Origin: Paragordius varius
Lineage: Eukaryota > Animalia > Nematomorpha
NCBI GenBank assembly: GCA_964247055.1
Contig: OZ176054.1
Location: 8,494,001 to 8,558,000, forward strand
Length of the DNA: 64,000 nucleotides
Direction of reading: 5' to 3'
The translations under genes were made by a program, and so were the position numbers. Under the pieces are notes generated by a model. The model did no database searches. It was not told the origin of the DNA and saw only the letters and a list, made by a program, of their open reading frames with translations. The stretch's first letter is position 1, and the number at the start of each line of letters is the position of its first letter. This document shows, in pieces, positions 35,631 to 50,467 of the stretch.

Positions 35631-38600
35631 ATGGATTTTACGAAATTTTTTTATAGTTGCAAAATTGGCGATTTAAACAAAGTTAAGTATAAGCCATCAT
35701 ATCATTTTAAGGTACTTGGTCGAACAAAAGGAAATTGATATAAATATAAAAGACAATTTTGACAGCACACCTTTGTATAATAATTCTTAATTTTAGATAT
35801 TATGCCTGTTTATGCGGACATTATGATATTGTCAAATACCTATTAAATAACGGTTTGATGTTTTTAGATATTTGTAGGCGCAAAATGTGATATTAACACT
35901 TTTCAGGGTGAACGTTGCCTATACGGGGCACTTTCTAACAGTATTAGAGATTTGCTCCGAAACTACAAGGTTGTTACTAAACATGTTATAAAACGTGATC
36001 CCTACCAAGAATTTTTAAGAAAGTATAAATTTATCCCTTAAATATGAGAATTTTCGAGAAATCATTGTCGTTCGATGCTCTTTTAGTTTTGTCTTATTCG
36101 ATTGCATCATCCCTTGATGAGGACCATGAAAATAAATTGGAATTGGAGAATAAAATGTCAGAGTTTCTTAAAATACATAAATGCATACTGGCATCTAGAT
36201 CGCAATATTTCTACACTCTTTTCCACAAGTTTAAGCACACGTATTTGGAATCATGTGAAATCGATCATCCATGCGACTATAAATTGTCCTCTAAATTATC
36301 GCAAAAACGTCACAACGTCCCATGCTATAATCTACCCTTAAATGTAACATATTTTATTAGTTTCTTATGTAACTATTATAGAAAAGCGTTTGGGCAAATC
36401 AAATATTTTCTGAAAATGATGGGAAAATATTGTTTTACATTTTATGCAAAAAAGGGAGAAAAACAATTAATGTTACTAATATGTTGATAGGATGGTAAAA
36501 ATTGTAAATATGAGCTATTCTTAGAAACAAATATATTTTTAATCTGAAAACATTTTATTACATATCTTAAGCTCAATTTAAAACTTTGTATAAAAACTTT
36601 CGCCGATTGACTCAAAGCGACCCTTAACAAAAAGAAGCTCTATTGCTCAGATTTTACATATAACCACTAATTTAATATCTATCATTGTGTATAATGCATA
36701 TTTAATAATTAATGTATTATTATTGTTCTAATTTCCTTAAAAATATGAGGTTTATAAATGTCCTTAATAAGGAAAAAATCAGGCGTGGTCAGGAGTTAAT
36801 TTTTATTTTTAGTTTACTCTTTGAATAACTCCACCCCATACCTGTGAGCGAAAATTTAAGATTTTCAATTGCTTTTTTTCTTTCCCAAATCACGATGTAT
36901 AATTAATATAATACTCTTTTGGAATTTTAAAGGTTTTTTTCTGTTTAAATATATGTATATATTAACTTGCATAAATTAAACGTGAATCGAGGTTTCCCTT
37001 AAAGATTAATGAAAACATTTTATTTTGCGCATATCCAAACTCAATGAAGTATAGTTTACAATTCGGAAATTTAGATATTTAGTAGAGTTTCGGTTTGATT
37101 ATTAAAACTTAGCCATTGTTAAGAAATAACCGAAAATAGATTTATTCGTATTTTAATTTTTTAAATATTTATTGTTAACCTAAAATGGATCTTTATTGGT
37201 ATTATCGCATAGTGGTCTGACCGACTATTATTTTTAATTGGTTAACTACTCAAGCGCTTTAAAATGTTAGCAAAAACTCACACGTTTCAACAGTTATATT
37301 ATCCGTTTAATATAAATTTTTAAAAAGTTCTGCTATAGTTTTTTATGAAACTTATTCTCCACCTAAATAATTAGCATATTGTTTTAAATTCTATAATATT
37401 GCATTCATTTGATGATTAAAAATATCAATTGCTTTTAATACATATATTTTAATTCATTTTTGTTTTTAGCTAAACAAATCATTGGTGAAATGTATTCTTC
37501 AATACTTTTACACAGGTAATGAAAATTATTAAATTTATTTTGGCTCCTCTTAATTTTACTTTATTGTTTAATAAATTCAAAATTAGTTGATATTTTTACT
37601 TATTTTACCCACCTTTAACAGGAACAATGGAATTCAATATAAATGATTACGATTTGATTTTGGCGTTATGTCAAAAATTTCACTTAACATATTTGGAGAA
37701 ACAGTTATGTCTTAAAAAACACAACATTGTTAAACGGCAAGAAAACGGTATATTTTATTATACGATATTAATATATTTTTTACAGTATTAAACGTATTAG
37801 GCGTGAAATCTAAAATAAGGTCCATTTTCGTAAAGCGTTATTAGCTTAAAAAATATTAAAAACTGCTGCATGATAAAGCTTTAATTTATTTGTACCATAT
37901 TTTTTAACCCTAATTATGTAAGATATATGTAATAAATGGCGACAGTTAGTTTATAATTCATCATTCTACATAAATTTAGACTTTTAAATATTGTATTATT
38001 TCCTTACATTTTTATCTTTTACCATATGTATATTATATTATATACCGTTTGGTCCTTTAAACAATTTTATAACCTCTATGCAAATATGATTTTTGTAATA
38101 TAACTTGTATATTTTTTTGTGATTTTAATAGATACTCAATTCAAAAATACTCCCTATGCCCGAAACAGGAAACGCAATACAAATAATTGTCATCCAACAT
38201 ATATTTCTATTTCGGGAGACTCTGAAATACTGAAACTCAAATCGGATTTAGGTGTGCTTTGTTCTTCGGTACGTTTAATCTGATTAATTACGATTTTTAT
38301 TATTATTAGTAGTAGAGATAGTTAAAAGCATAAAATTTAGTCATTTTATATATGTATGGGTAGATATATTTTTTTTGCATCTTATTAAGAGAATAATACT
38401 TTAGTAGCAAATTGAATTATTTTTTGTTTCAAACAACTATTGGGAACCACATAATGAATGATTTCATATGTGCCAGAAAATAATTTTTAATATAGTTATT
38501 TTATTTAATTTTATTTAGAGTTCAATGGCTAAAAAATATTTCAGTGACGTTGCATTCAAAGTGGATGATGTATATTTCTACTGTCACAAGGTCATATTTT

Positions 38601-41600
38601 TTTATATTTATTTGCTATTATCTCTTTTTAAATTTATATATGTATTTTTATTAATCTGTGTTTATGGATAATTTAACCTGACATCTGGTTTTTATACATA
38701 TTTTTTTATTATAAGGTTTGACTAACTAATTACAATACAAAATATTGAAATTATCTGTTTGAAATCTATCCTATATTTAGAATGTCTTAAACAAGCTAGC
38801 TAAAAATATAAATAACCAAAAATAATGAGGATAAGTTTTCTTAAATTTGGATACCCATAACAATTTTAATTTTAAATCTTAATTTATTATTTAGTTATTC
38901 TTTATCAATCGAAGCGAATACTTCCGTGCCCTTCTGATGGATCCATTTAAGGAAATATCATCTAACCTTCAAAGCCCTAATAATGAAATTACCAATAATG
39001 TTTTATCACAATCACCGTCCATGGAAAATAATATACCTGTGATAGAACTTAGAGATTTGAATGCTCAAACCTTCAAATATTGCATGAGATACATTTATCA
39101 AGATAGTTCAAATGTAATAGATAACATTTATTTTTAATAATTTTTTTAGGGTAATAGAAATTGGTTTGTAAATATCGGTTTTCCTAATCAGGACGTAACT
39201 ATATATTTTTATATAAAGATTTACTTGTGTTAATCTCATTTCATCTTTTTATGATTTATATCATTTATTTTCGTCGCCCAAACTTTCAATCATATTTTTT
39301 ATAATAAATTTTGAATAAACATAAACAAAGCTCGCTTATATAACTTTAATTTTTTTGTTTGTATTTATTAGTTTTTTCGTTTTGTTAATTATTAGGAAGG
39401 TTAATTTTTTGGATATAGGTATTATCCTAAACGTACATCTTATTAATCGAAGGAAATAATCAATTAAAAAGTGTGTTAAAAATTAAATATGGTGAAAATT
39501 AGATTGACGCCGAACATGTCTTTGATGTCTTACAGGCTGCCGATAAATTTTTACTGCCAGGATTAAAACGAAAATGTTCAGCAATCATCGCTAGTCATTT
39601 GGATTTAGATAACGTTATAACTGTGTTCCATGCCTCTAGACTCTATGACCTGCCCCAACTCGAAGATGCATGTGCCAAGTTTATTGCACAAAATTTGAAT
39701 GAGGTTACATTATATCTTTAATTATTTTTTTTATTACATTATAACACTAGACAACAAATTTTAACTTTTTAAAACTGCCATTCTTGTAAATTTAAAATTT
39801 ATTTCATTAAAGTACATAATTAGTATATCTAAAAAGAAAATTGGTCTAGAATGCAAGAATTTTTTTATATCAGAGTTTATCGATAATTTTTGGCCCCGAT
39901 TTAACATTAAACTCGAAATTTCGAAATTAAAAGTTTTAGATATGAAGCCATGTATTTTATATCATTCAAAAGAGCGCAAAAAACTGCATCTTTTAAATGG
40001 TAGTAAGTCATTTAAATCAATCGGATGTAAAAGTTATTTGGATTTAAATGGTCGAAATTTTTCCTTAAATAAGTGAAGAATTTTCACAGACAAACTAATT
40101 TGAAAATCATATAAATTATTTTAATATAATTATTAGGGTTATATTAGTATTTAATAAAAAAATGTTTGAAAAAGCTTTTGGTTTGCTTTTTTAATAAAAA
40201 TAATTATTATCATAAATATTTTACCTAGTGGATACTAAAATGCATAGTTATAACTGTAAATTTATTACATAATGGCTATAAAAGGTCAAAAATACCTTAA
40301 ACTTTGTTTTTATCTTTAAATTTTCGAAATTATCAGCCTCGTAAAGAAAATAAATTAATATTGATGAGATGGTAATTTTTAAATAACAAAAAACTTAAAA
40401 ATGGCTGTTTTGAGTGACATAAAAGCAATAAAAAATGCAATCAAAAAAACTTTGTGTTATCTTTTTTGGACACTCATTACCATCATAATAAAGTTTGAAC
40501 TATTTTCATCCATTAGTTTTAAAAATATAATAATTAAAAAAAATGCTCTCTCTTCGCGCGTTTGTCGCTCTTTGTGTCCAATATTAACTGTCGATGTAAT
40601 ACATATTAGTAAGCATTTTATAGAGTTTTTATTACTCTTTTTCGAATTATATATTACAAATGGGCATTACTTGTATATTTTCAAAGAAAAACATTTTTTA
40701 GTAATATTTTGATAAAGAGGGCGCATAATCAAAAAAATCATATACAAAATTCTTCCATCGTGTTATAATTTTTATTTCAGATTTACTGTCAAAATGATAG
40801 TAAATATCAGAAAATGCAAAAAACTCGAGTGGCAGAAAAATTTGTTGTCCAGTGTAATTTGATTATCTTATAATAATAACATAAATAATTTTAGGGGTGT
40901 TCGTTTTTTAGTCATATTTTATTTATGCTTTCGCATAACATCAGTTTAAGTAGTGAAAATTTCCAAACCTATACGTAAAATTCTTTCTGAGAGAAGGAGA
41001 CCACATTTTTTACTCAAAAAACTCGGCGGGCCGCATTGAAATATTAAACATAAATATTTATTTATTGGATTGAAAGATAAGAATGTAAAATGCAAACTTT
41101 AACAATTTTTTCTTGTTTGTTGCCAATTGGATAGGACTTATTAAGAAAATTTGTTTCAGAAATATCAATTTTATTTAGATTTTCTGAGAATATTTTTGAA
41201 AATTACGGTCCCCAAAGTTTTGCGGGTCGCACAAATAATATCTTTAGGAGCCGCGTAATGGACACCCCTAATATAGAGTATTCGAAAAAATATTGCGTAT
41301 CATATTAATTGAGTATACACGTTTTATTAACAGCAATATCCAAATAACAAAATTTTTAACTGGTAGTATTTTCGCATACAATCTGCAATACGTCCTTAAT
41401 CTATTAACTGATCAAATGAAAAGATTATAATTCTCAATTTCATCCCAAATATCTATACTGTAATATAAATTCTTAAAAGTCACGCCTCAAGTTACCCTAA
41501 ACTCTATTGTAAAAAATTGTGATTCAAATAACATTATTTATAACATTTGTGATTAAAAAATAAAATATACCTTCTATTTAAAATGGAATTTATAGATATT

Positions 41601-41986
41601 TTTGTCACCGTTTTTTTATTCGAAACCCTTTTAACAATACCGGCTCCAATATCTCGCATTTTCATAAAACCCTAACAACCTGAACAAATCATACTTATGA
41701 TTACATTTTATATTATAAGAGGTTTGTTCTGTTTTTCATTATAATGTTACTCAATACCATAATCACATTATGCATTTAGATTGTAGATAAACCCGAATTT
41801 CTAGAGGCCGTAAAACAAGATGCAATAAATATTGTACAAAGGCAAGAAACGGATACAATATCTATCGTCGATGATATCCGTTTTCACCTTACCAATGATG
41901 TTCAAACCTTTGAAACTATGCGTCAAGCTAATGAAAAACTAACCCTGTTAGATAATATGTTAGAAAAAATGGGATTTGAGGCTTAA
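35631..41986 (+). CDS. ABTB1: Ankyrin repeat and BTB/POZ domain-containing protein 1
   Basis: Spliced: MDFTKFFYSCKIGDLNKVKYLVEQKEIDINIKDNFDSTPLYYACLCGHYDIVKYLLNNGAKCDINTFQGERCLYGAL. Further matches are HKCILASRSQYF, FSDVAFKVDDVYFYCHK, AADKFLLPGLKRKC and RQETDTISIVDDIRFHL, ending MGFEA* (TAA 41984-41986). Confidence 0.94.
40892..41270. mobile_element. hAT-like MITE in the last ABTB1 intron
   Basis: Ends read TAGGGGTGTTC / GGACACCCCTA, with internal GCGGGCCGCA-type motifs. No clear TSD. Confidence 0.55.
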
Positions 41987-43223
41987 CAATATCGTGAATA
42001 GAAACACTCATTATTATTTGGGTTTATTCGACAATGTGTTGTTCATCCCTCTATTCATTGTATATATAATTTATACTGACAAAATCAAATATTAATTAGA
42101 TATTTATCATGGTAATAGTTGCTTCAATAAATTTAATGATTATTAATTGTAAACCAAATTTTAACCTTATATATACTATTTTATATTTGGATGTTAGGTC
42201 ACATTCGAAAAAATGCAAATACCCCAAAATTTATAATAAATTAATTATTAATGTTATATTTGAATCTCTTGGTTATAAATATACCAAATGTTTTTAACAC
42301 ATTAGGAAGAAAATTAAAAAATATCGTCAAATTTTGCGTGAAAACTCATAGTAATGACTATATTTAATTTTTTTACAGAAATTTTATTATACCCTAAATG
42401 TAGAATTCACTAAGTTAAACAAATTGAAATTTTTTAAATCAAAATTAAATAAATTAAGATATTTTTCCAAATTACACTTTCATAGATTTTTTTAGGGCAA
42501 CAAATATTATTATACAATGTATATTTTTACACAAGCATGTAGATTGCAGCTTTTTTTGGAATGAAAACAGGTATTAGTTTATTACATGAAATATTCAACT
42601 ATTTTAATTTTAATAATTTTCTGCACCATTTTTACTATTTGAGATGAAATTAATAAAATACTAACACTTAATATCATAAATTAATAAATGGGATATTTTG
42701 ACCTCGGATTATTTTTAGATTTAAAATGCTTATTTCTGTTAAAATATAATAAATACATATCAATGTTTTTTGTATCTTCTATAAAATTTTACATGGCTCC
42801 TAATAATGTAAACAACTGAATTTTAGGTTTATGGAATATACTATATTTAAATGTTTCAGCAATCCGATCAGGTTGAAAACCTTTAACGTTATTGATTCGA
42901 ATATGAAAGAAGAGATATGGACATAATATGATGTTTTTCAAAAAAATAATAGATAAAAGCAAAAAATTGTATTTTTAGAAATAAACTGACTTTTACAATA
43001 ATTGTTGGCTATTTTAATTTTTTTCTAACATTTAAAGTTTCTACAATTATCTAAGGCGGAAATATAAGTTTGGGAGATGATTAAAACTTATGATTTTTTA
43101 TATTTCTGGGACAGCGAAACCCATTTTTATAGAACCGAAAAATCCTTCTTTAAAACCATTACATTAGAGATTCGGGATCGTTTTACTGGCAATCCCAAAA
43201 TTCTCTTTTTATTTTATTTTTAA

Positions 43224-43792
43224 CACTTCGATTCAAATTGGGGTATCTAAATACCCCATACTAAAATTGATTTAGATTTTTAAAAAACTACTGAAGGAAA
43301 CTGTCCCAATTTAAATTTATGCTTATTAATAAAAATTATATAAATATGCCAAAATATCTATATAAAATTTTGTTTTTTAAAAAAAGTTCCATGTCAAACT
43401 ACTTCGACGCCATTTTTATTTTAAAAATTTTTTGAAAAATATCGTCTACATTTAATTTTTAAGGGTTAAATTAAAGCTAATTTTTTATTTAAATTACAAC
43501 TAACATTGATAAAAATAGAGAAAATGGTTTATTTTGTATTATTATTCAATGAAGCCAATGCACACATGTTACGTTGACTAAATTGGGTTTTACATTAAAT
43601 TTAGTAATACCAAGTTATTTTGAATAAAGTTTTTTATATATTTCCGTTTATTAATGTTATATAAGTGCAAAATCTTGCCAAGGTTTTGATTCCTTCCATA
43701 TTTTTTAAAGAATTTAATTTTAAACAGGTCTAGGGTATTTAACTACCCCAATTTGAATCGAAGGACTAAAATGAATGTGTTGTATCCAAGTG
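43224..43792. mobile_element. MITE with TTAA-type ends (piggyBac-like), copy 2, inverted relative to 13023-13576
   Basis: Ends read TTAA|CACTTCGATTCAAATTGGGG ... GTTGTATCCAAGTG|TGAA. The internal sequence mirrors copy 1. Confidence 0.65.
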
Positions 43793-45879
43793 TGAAAGTC
43801 GACAAACATTAGTGGTAATCGAAAATTTATGTTTAAATAATTCGATTATTGCTAAATTTGATAATTCTAATTGAAATGAGCATCTTTTAAGGACGCATTA
43901 TAAAAAGATGGATTATGTGAAAAAATGGTGAGCCACTACTGTTGAAATTTTATTTAACGAAATATATTATAAAATAGTTCTCTTAAAAATTATTAAACAA
44001 TTTTATAGCTTAATTTTATACAGTTTAAATGGTATCGCAGTATTAAAGATTTAAAAAATGTCATCTAAATGTGTGGATGAATAACAGGATTTCTCGGTCT
44101 CAATTTAAATAATAACCTTATATAATTTTATGCTCATTATTTTATTACCTAACAAAAATATCAGTTTTGTTTTTATATTTTTGTTTATCCATAATTTTCG
44201 CCTTTTGCACAATTTTGAGTCTTAGTTAACTAGGTACCCTAAAAATAAAAATTTTGCCACACTCCCTCTAGTTATAAGCCATCTTCTAAAAAAATTATCC
44301 ATTATTATTTGTTAGCTTTAATCTTAAGTTCAGTTTGAGGTATTGTTTATCCCCTTTTTTTCATTGCTGCATCTAATATTTAACTTTTGGGATAGTGTTG
44401 TACTCCAAAGCGATCAATAGGAGTATGTAAAATCAATTAGCTTTGGCTGAATACATAAAAACATTTTTATCACTTGATTATTAAATAATGCTAATATCAT
44501 CTCAAAATTTTCACCTTAATTTTTAATCGCTAATGATACAAAAGACATTAAATGTATGTTATGGTTTGGAATGTAAATAATTATTTTCAGATTTTTCAAA
44601 TTGTACTTAGTAACAATTTTTATTTCTATTAATTTTCAGATGTTTGTAAGGTTTAAAAAGATGATTGACTCCAAATAATTAGCGGTAATATACAATGCGT
44701 CCCGAATCGGACAGGGAAAATATCCTGATGAAAGATATATATGGTGATGGTAAAATGTATCAGGATTATCATGGTACATTTGGGTGTGGTTAGAAGTAAT
44801 ACAAGTGAGTAATTAACACTTTTATAGTAACTGCTCCATATTGGAGAATGGAAAATTTGGGCACATTTGTTAAACAAATTTTTTTTAGTGAAAAAATACT
44901 TTATCCCAAAAATGATCACTAGAAATAAAAGATATTTTAAATTAAATTATGTGGGCTCCCAAATTCTTAAAGTTAGCTCTTTAAAAATGGGGTTGTACTG
45001 TTAAAGTAAACGCAAAAATTCCAAAATTGCGGAATAAAAACTTTATATGATAATTGATATCAAAAAAGGTATAATGCGCACTTTTTTAAATTTTGAAGTG
45101 TACTTCATTCTGTTTGAGGCATGATGTAAACACTTTACGAAAGATAAGATATGAAGTGCTTTTTCTACATTATTTGATTTGACTCTTAATTTGGTAAAAA
45201 TATTTAAAAAGGTTTGTCTATGATTTTGGTGTATTTTCGTAAAACATTTTCTATTTAACATAAATTTGATGGCCAAAGATTTTTGCCATTTTCTAATATG
45301 TACTATTTAGCGCTTAGAGCAAAAGTTTGAAAAACTTTCTCTATTATGTAAGGGCTAAAATCAAAAGCACCATCATAATCCTGATACATTTTCATCATGG
45401 AGACTGATATTATAAAATTTTTTCTGCTTAGTATAATAAAACTGAGCTAAAACAGCTTTAAAAATAGGTTTTTGCAGGAAGCCTTGTTAACAAAGCTTCC
45501 CAAAATCTGATCGTCTTCAATAAATAAATTGGAATATCGTTAAAATTTTGCATTCACATTTTAATTTAGTTAATACTATATCTTAATAATTAATATATAT
45601 GTTGTAAAACAAAAAGCATTTAATAACTCAGTATATGCTGCACACCGGAAGGTTAACTAAATACATATCTTATATAAATAATCTAATTCAAAACGAAATT
45701 GTTAATATATACGGATACCTGTTAATTATTTCAGTTATGTCACAAATATGTATTACATAAATATGTATAATAAAAGTTAAATTCATTATTTAAAATTATG
45801 ATCTCATTAATATATTTATTATATTTACCATTTTTACTTCTGCTTCTGCAATTTATGGTTAGTTCCGCATGCACAATCC

Positions 45880-46467
45880 ATGCCCAACGCTTTAGCAAAA
45901 ATATTTAAAAGATTTTGCTCTACCAATTTTACTTGGAATAAAAATCATCTAAATACTCCTACAAGCTCATCATGGAGAGAAAATCCTAATCGCAATATAC
46001 AACCCATCAAACGTGGAGAAAAATACTACCCTGCTAGAACTTTGAAAGTTTATCCCTACGATAGAAGACGCGGTTACAAAATTAATTGGTTCAATGGTGG
46101 ATATTTACCAAGAGTACCGACTAACGCTGCAAATGCTACACCTTTACCACCCTATAAACCAAATGACGCCTGGACCCCTGAAAAAGTTTATATGGGTCGA
46201 AATGATTACATAGATATACTTGGCGATACTGATATTCAACACGTAGATTTAGTCGATAAGGGTCCATACTGGGTTCGAGGAGTCCCCCGAAAATGGAATG
46301 AGTTACAATGGCTCATTCGGAAGGATAGATTTGTAGGGGATTCATTGGCATCTGAAGCGCCTGAACGATACAGATTAATGCAGACACGCATGAAATTTTT
46401 ATACAATTATTACAATGTTAAGTTAGCGGGTAGGGAAGGGAAATATAAACGAAGATACAAAGGTTAA
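45880..46467 (+). CDS. MRPL51: Mitochondrial ribosomal protein L51 (mL51), single exon
   Basis: DAWTPEKVYMGRNDYIDILG..KGPYWVRGVPRKWNELQWLIRKDRFVG..RMKFLYNYYN matches the mL51 pattern W...ALFG.NDYI.ILG..GP.W.RG..GNELQ..IR.R. Confidence 0.85.
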   Translation: MPNALAKIFKRFCSTNFTWNKNHLNTPTSSSWRENPNRNIQPIKRGEKYYPARTLKVYPYDRRRGYKINWFNGGYLPRVPTNAANATPLPPYKPNDAWTPEKVYMGRNDYIDILGDTDIQHVDLVDKGPYWVRGVPRKWNELQWLIRKDRFVGDSLASEAPERYRLMQTRMKFLYNYYNVKLAGREGKYKRRYKG

Positions 46468-46727
46468 TGTAATCACATATACAATACATTATAATTTATT
46501 ATTGAATGTTTATAACACAAAATTTTTGATACCCATTTAAATAAAATCAAAATATATCAATATTACATCTCTAAATATAAAGCGATTAGTTTTCTTATAA
46601 AAAACCATCACAAATAAAACAAAAATCAAATGTACACAGATTGTTTATATATTTATATCAAGATATGCAAAATATGTTAAATCAATAGTATATTGGATTG
46701 AATTTGTCCATAAAAATGATATAATTA

Positions 46728-49700
46728 TCACAAAAGAGATCGCATTTTTTCCAACAATTCATCCTTTTTTAAGGTGCTAATCTTCTCGGCATCCACATAT
46801 ATTTGTCGCGTCATTTTCCCATTAATTACTTTTTCCACATTACCAATCCAAACACCCATGACTTGTTCTTTCAAATTCTTATCTAAACGCTGAATTTCAT
46901 CCAACTAAAGCCAAAAAATAAAATGTAATTAAAATAAATATAACCGTTTTACATAATCATGTGTATCGTAAAAACGAAAAAACGTAACTAGGAAAGGTTA
47001 ATCCCAATTTTAGAATTCCATTTTACATGTATTTTACCGTAATCATTATATGCTATCCAATTACTTTTTGCACCGATTATTGGGAAAGGTTTAAGAAGTA
47101 AATGATAAAAAACATGTTTTAAAATAATTGATTTAAAATTATTATAAATTTTTGAAAATTAATGAAAAAAATCATACCCTAAATTTGATAGTTTTTGGTT
47201 TTTTTTTAATTATTTTAAGCCCAATTTAGGGTGAAATTTCTTTTAAATAATCCTAAAATTCCAATTAAAATGCAATTATTTATGAGAAAGCATTTTTGCG
47301 TACCGAAAAATGCGTGCATTCCTGCCCTATATACTTCCCTAGTAAGTATAATATGTCTTTGATATTTTTATTTTGTGTCCTATACGACTACAACTATTTT
47401 TTAACCTGTATAAGAATATATTGCCAAATTTTATACCTTATCAAACGAATCATGCGAATCAGGCTTCAGAGCATATTGTAACTCACCTATCTTTTGACTT
47501 ATGCGTTTTAAATCACCTTCAATCTTTTTACGTTCAGAGTTGAATTGATTAACATCTTTGTCCACCTGTTATAATATGTAACAAAAAATATTTATTAATG
47601 ACTATGTATAATTCACCTAAAATTAAAATAAAATCAAGCAAATAAAAAACCTTATATTTGTTAATGGCCTCAACAAAATTTTCATAAACGCATTCACGTT
47701 GCTCCAACAAATCTTTAACTTTGCTCAATTGACCAGAAATGCGTAATTTGGATTCAGAATAGTCATCCTATTTCATAATATTACATATTAAATTTAGATT
47801 TTAATATTAAATTAAAACTATTTAATCTATAAACTTATATTTGGATAAAAATATTATATTAATATTACTTTTGAAATGGAAAAATCCATTCGCACGTAAA
47901 ACATGACAACGAGAAATAGGAGAAGATAAGCTGACACAAGGAGTAAAGGTTCTTGCAACATAAAAACTTTTTGATAGTCATAATAAACCTATAAATATGA
48001 TAAATAATATATATATATTTATATATTATTATAAAATCATATAAAATCTTATATTGTAAAAAACATGGGACCAAAAAACCCTTTGAAATAAGAAATATTG
48101 TTAACTATCATGCCCAAAAATGAAAAAATGACAAAAAAGTCATAAAAATTCGTTTTTTAACATAAACCAGGTAAAAAACGGTCAACTGTATGTAATGAAT
48201 GCAATCAAAAGATAAAATTTTAAAGGCAAGGTGGGGATAAAAACCATCATAAAGATTTTCAATTTTTATTACCGTAAAATCCTTAATGTGTTCATCTACT
48301 AAATTATGTTTTGTTAATTGAAGGACGGGACGTCCAACCGTATCCAAATAAGTGTAATGCCTTTCAAGTGCTTTGTCGCCTTTATGGGCATGCTCATGTT
48401 CTGAACTGTGCTTAGAAACTTCAAATGGGATTTTAACATCCTTGATTCTGTGTTATAACAAAAAAAAATATTTCATAACAAAATGAAAATAAAAGTATAA
48501 CATATATTAAGTAATAACATATATCTCGTGTGATATATTAGAATACAACTCGCCAAAATTTTTGATACTTGCTAGCATCTTTTGTTAATGTCTATCATCA
48601 ATATTATTGACAAAATAAGTTTTAATGTAAACAGAATAAACAAAAATCTTTCTCGTTTAAAACTATTAATCAGGAACGTGTAATAAAAAATGGAATAACT
48701 CTAAAATAAATTTAATATATTTGGAATTTAAATTTTATAGTTTTTAAAACTTATTAAATTAACAATACTAACTTTGATCCTTCAGGGAAGATAACGCGCA
48801 CAATAGCTTTATCGATCAATTGATCGTGATAAATATGATCCACAAACCGTATTTTCAGCTCATAATTGGAACCTAATGGAATAAAAACAATTGATTTAAA
48901 ACATTGGTCAATTTTTCCAAAATGATTAAAGTGAATAGAGGTTTAAAAGTGTGTTGAAAACAAACCTATTTTCCACCATTATTTTTGGCCTATATTATAT
49001 TTTTATATCGTAAAATATAATTTTCACAATAAAATGAGTGGTGAAAATTAAATTTACGATCCTAAATCCTAAATATAATATTACCGCAAATTTAAACAAA
49101 TCTAATAGAATAAACAACTGCAATGTTTAATAAATTGTGATGAAAATGATTTAAAGTTAAACCCATTTTAGGGACCCCTAATTTTAATTCACTCCACCTA
49201 ATATCAATCATCAGAAAATAAAATTGACATTTTCCAATTGTAAAAACATCAGCAATATAGCATATAACCTTTATGTTTCAAGTAAGGGTATGTGGGTAAA
49301 GAGTACCCAATAGTATAGGTCGTATTCCAACCGCCAAACATAGGAAAACGTGGTTTAATGATAACTTCGACGGGTGAACCGTCAAGGTGTGGTAAAACAT
49401 TCGATGTCGAAATGTTTCCAATCTCATCTCGATAGTAAATATTACGAGAATGGGCAGGTAATATGGTCTATAAAAATGTACCAACAATTAATATGTTAAA
49501 GATATATATATATATATATATATACCATTTACAGTTCAAATTCACCCTTGAACAATTCAAATTCACCCTCGAACAATTCAAATTCACCTTTGAACAATTC
49601 AAATTCACCCTCGAACAATTCAAATTCACCCTTAAAATAAATTATGTGTTTTCGAACTAATATAACTCATTATTAATATGAAATATAAGTTTATGGAATA

Positions 49701-50419
49701 GTTTATTATTTTTTCAGTATTATTTTAATTTTAAACAAAATTTTATTTTTTAAAAAATATATTAAAATATAGGTAATTTTTAATCTTAAAAAACGTGTAA
49801 TTTTTTTTAGGGTGAAAAAAATGTTCGGAGTGTGTGTTTGAGGTATAAAGGGTTTATAATAAGGTAAAAAATATTTACTACATAACACAATAACACGTAT
49901 TATTGGTATGTTCTTTGGATTCTTGAATGTAGGTGAAGTTTTGTTAAAATGTTTTTTTATTGATTAAATAATCAAAATCATATATAAATCAAAAATCACT
50001 TTTTAACTATTTACTTTTCAATCACCATATTTATTTTTGCTTAATATTTATTCATCTTATTGTCTAATCACAATAAAAAAAGATATTACTTGAAAGTAGA
50101 TGAGAGCCACACCAGATTCACCACCCTGTTGAAATTTGAATCGGGAGAAGGGTGGTTTGAGCGTTCCAGCCATATTTTGCATATAAATTTTTTCGGTGAC
50201 ATCAATTTGACCCCAATGCGATATCTCAATGTCGCGTTCTAACAAATGTATGACAGGACGTGGTACATCATGCAAGTAATGGACAGTGAAGGGAATCTAT
50301 ACATATATATAAATATATTATAGATGAAAAAAATTTAGGTAATATATTAAAATTTATGGATATTATTTTATACATGATTACGAATAATAAAATAAAGTTG
50401 GGAAAACGTATAAATTTTT

Positions 50420-50467
<48 letters not shown>

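Noticed and set aside
49535-49633. 21-bp repeats with internal dyad TTGAA-CAA-TTCAA as a CRISPR array or heat-shock element cluster
   Set aside because: There are no spacers, the context is a eukaryotic intron with no cas genes, and the GAA-TTC spacing is 3 nt rather than the 2 nt of an HSE. It is a plain minisatellite.
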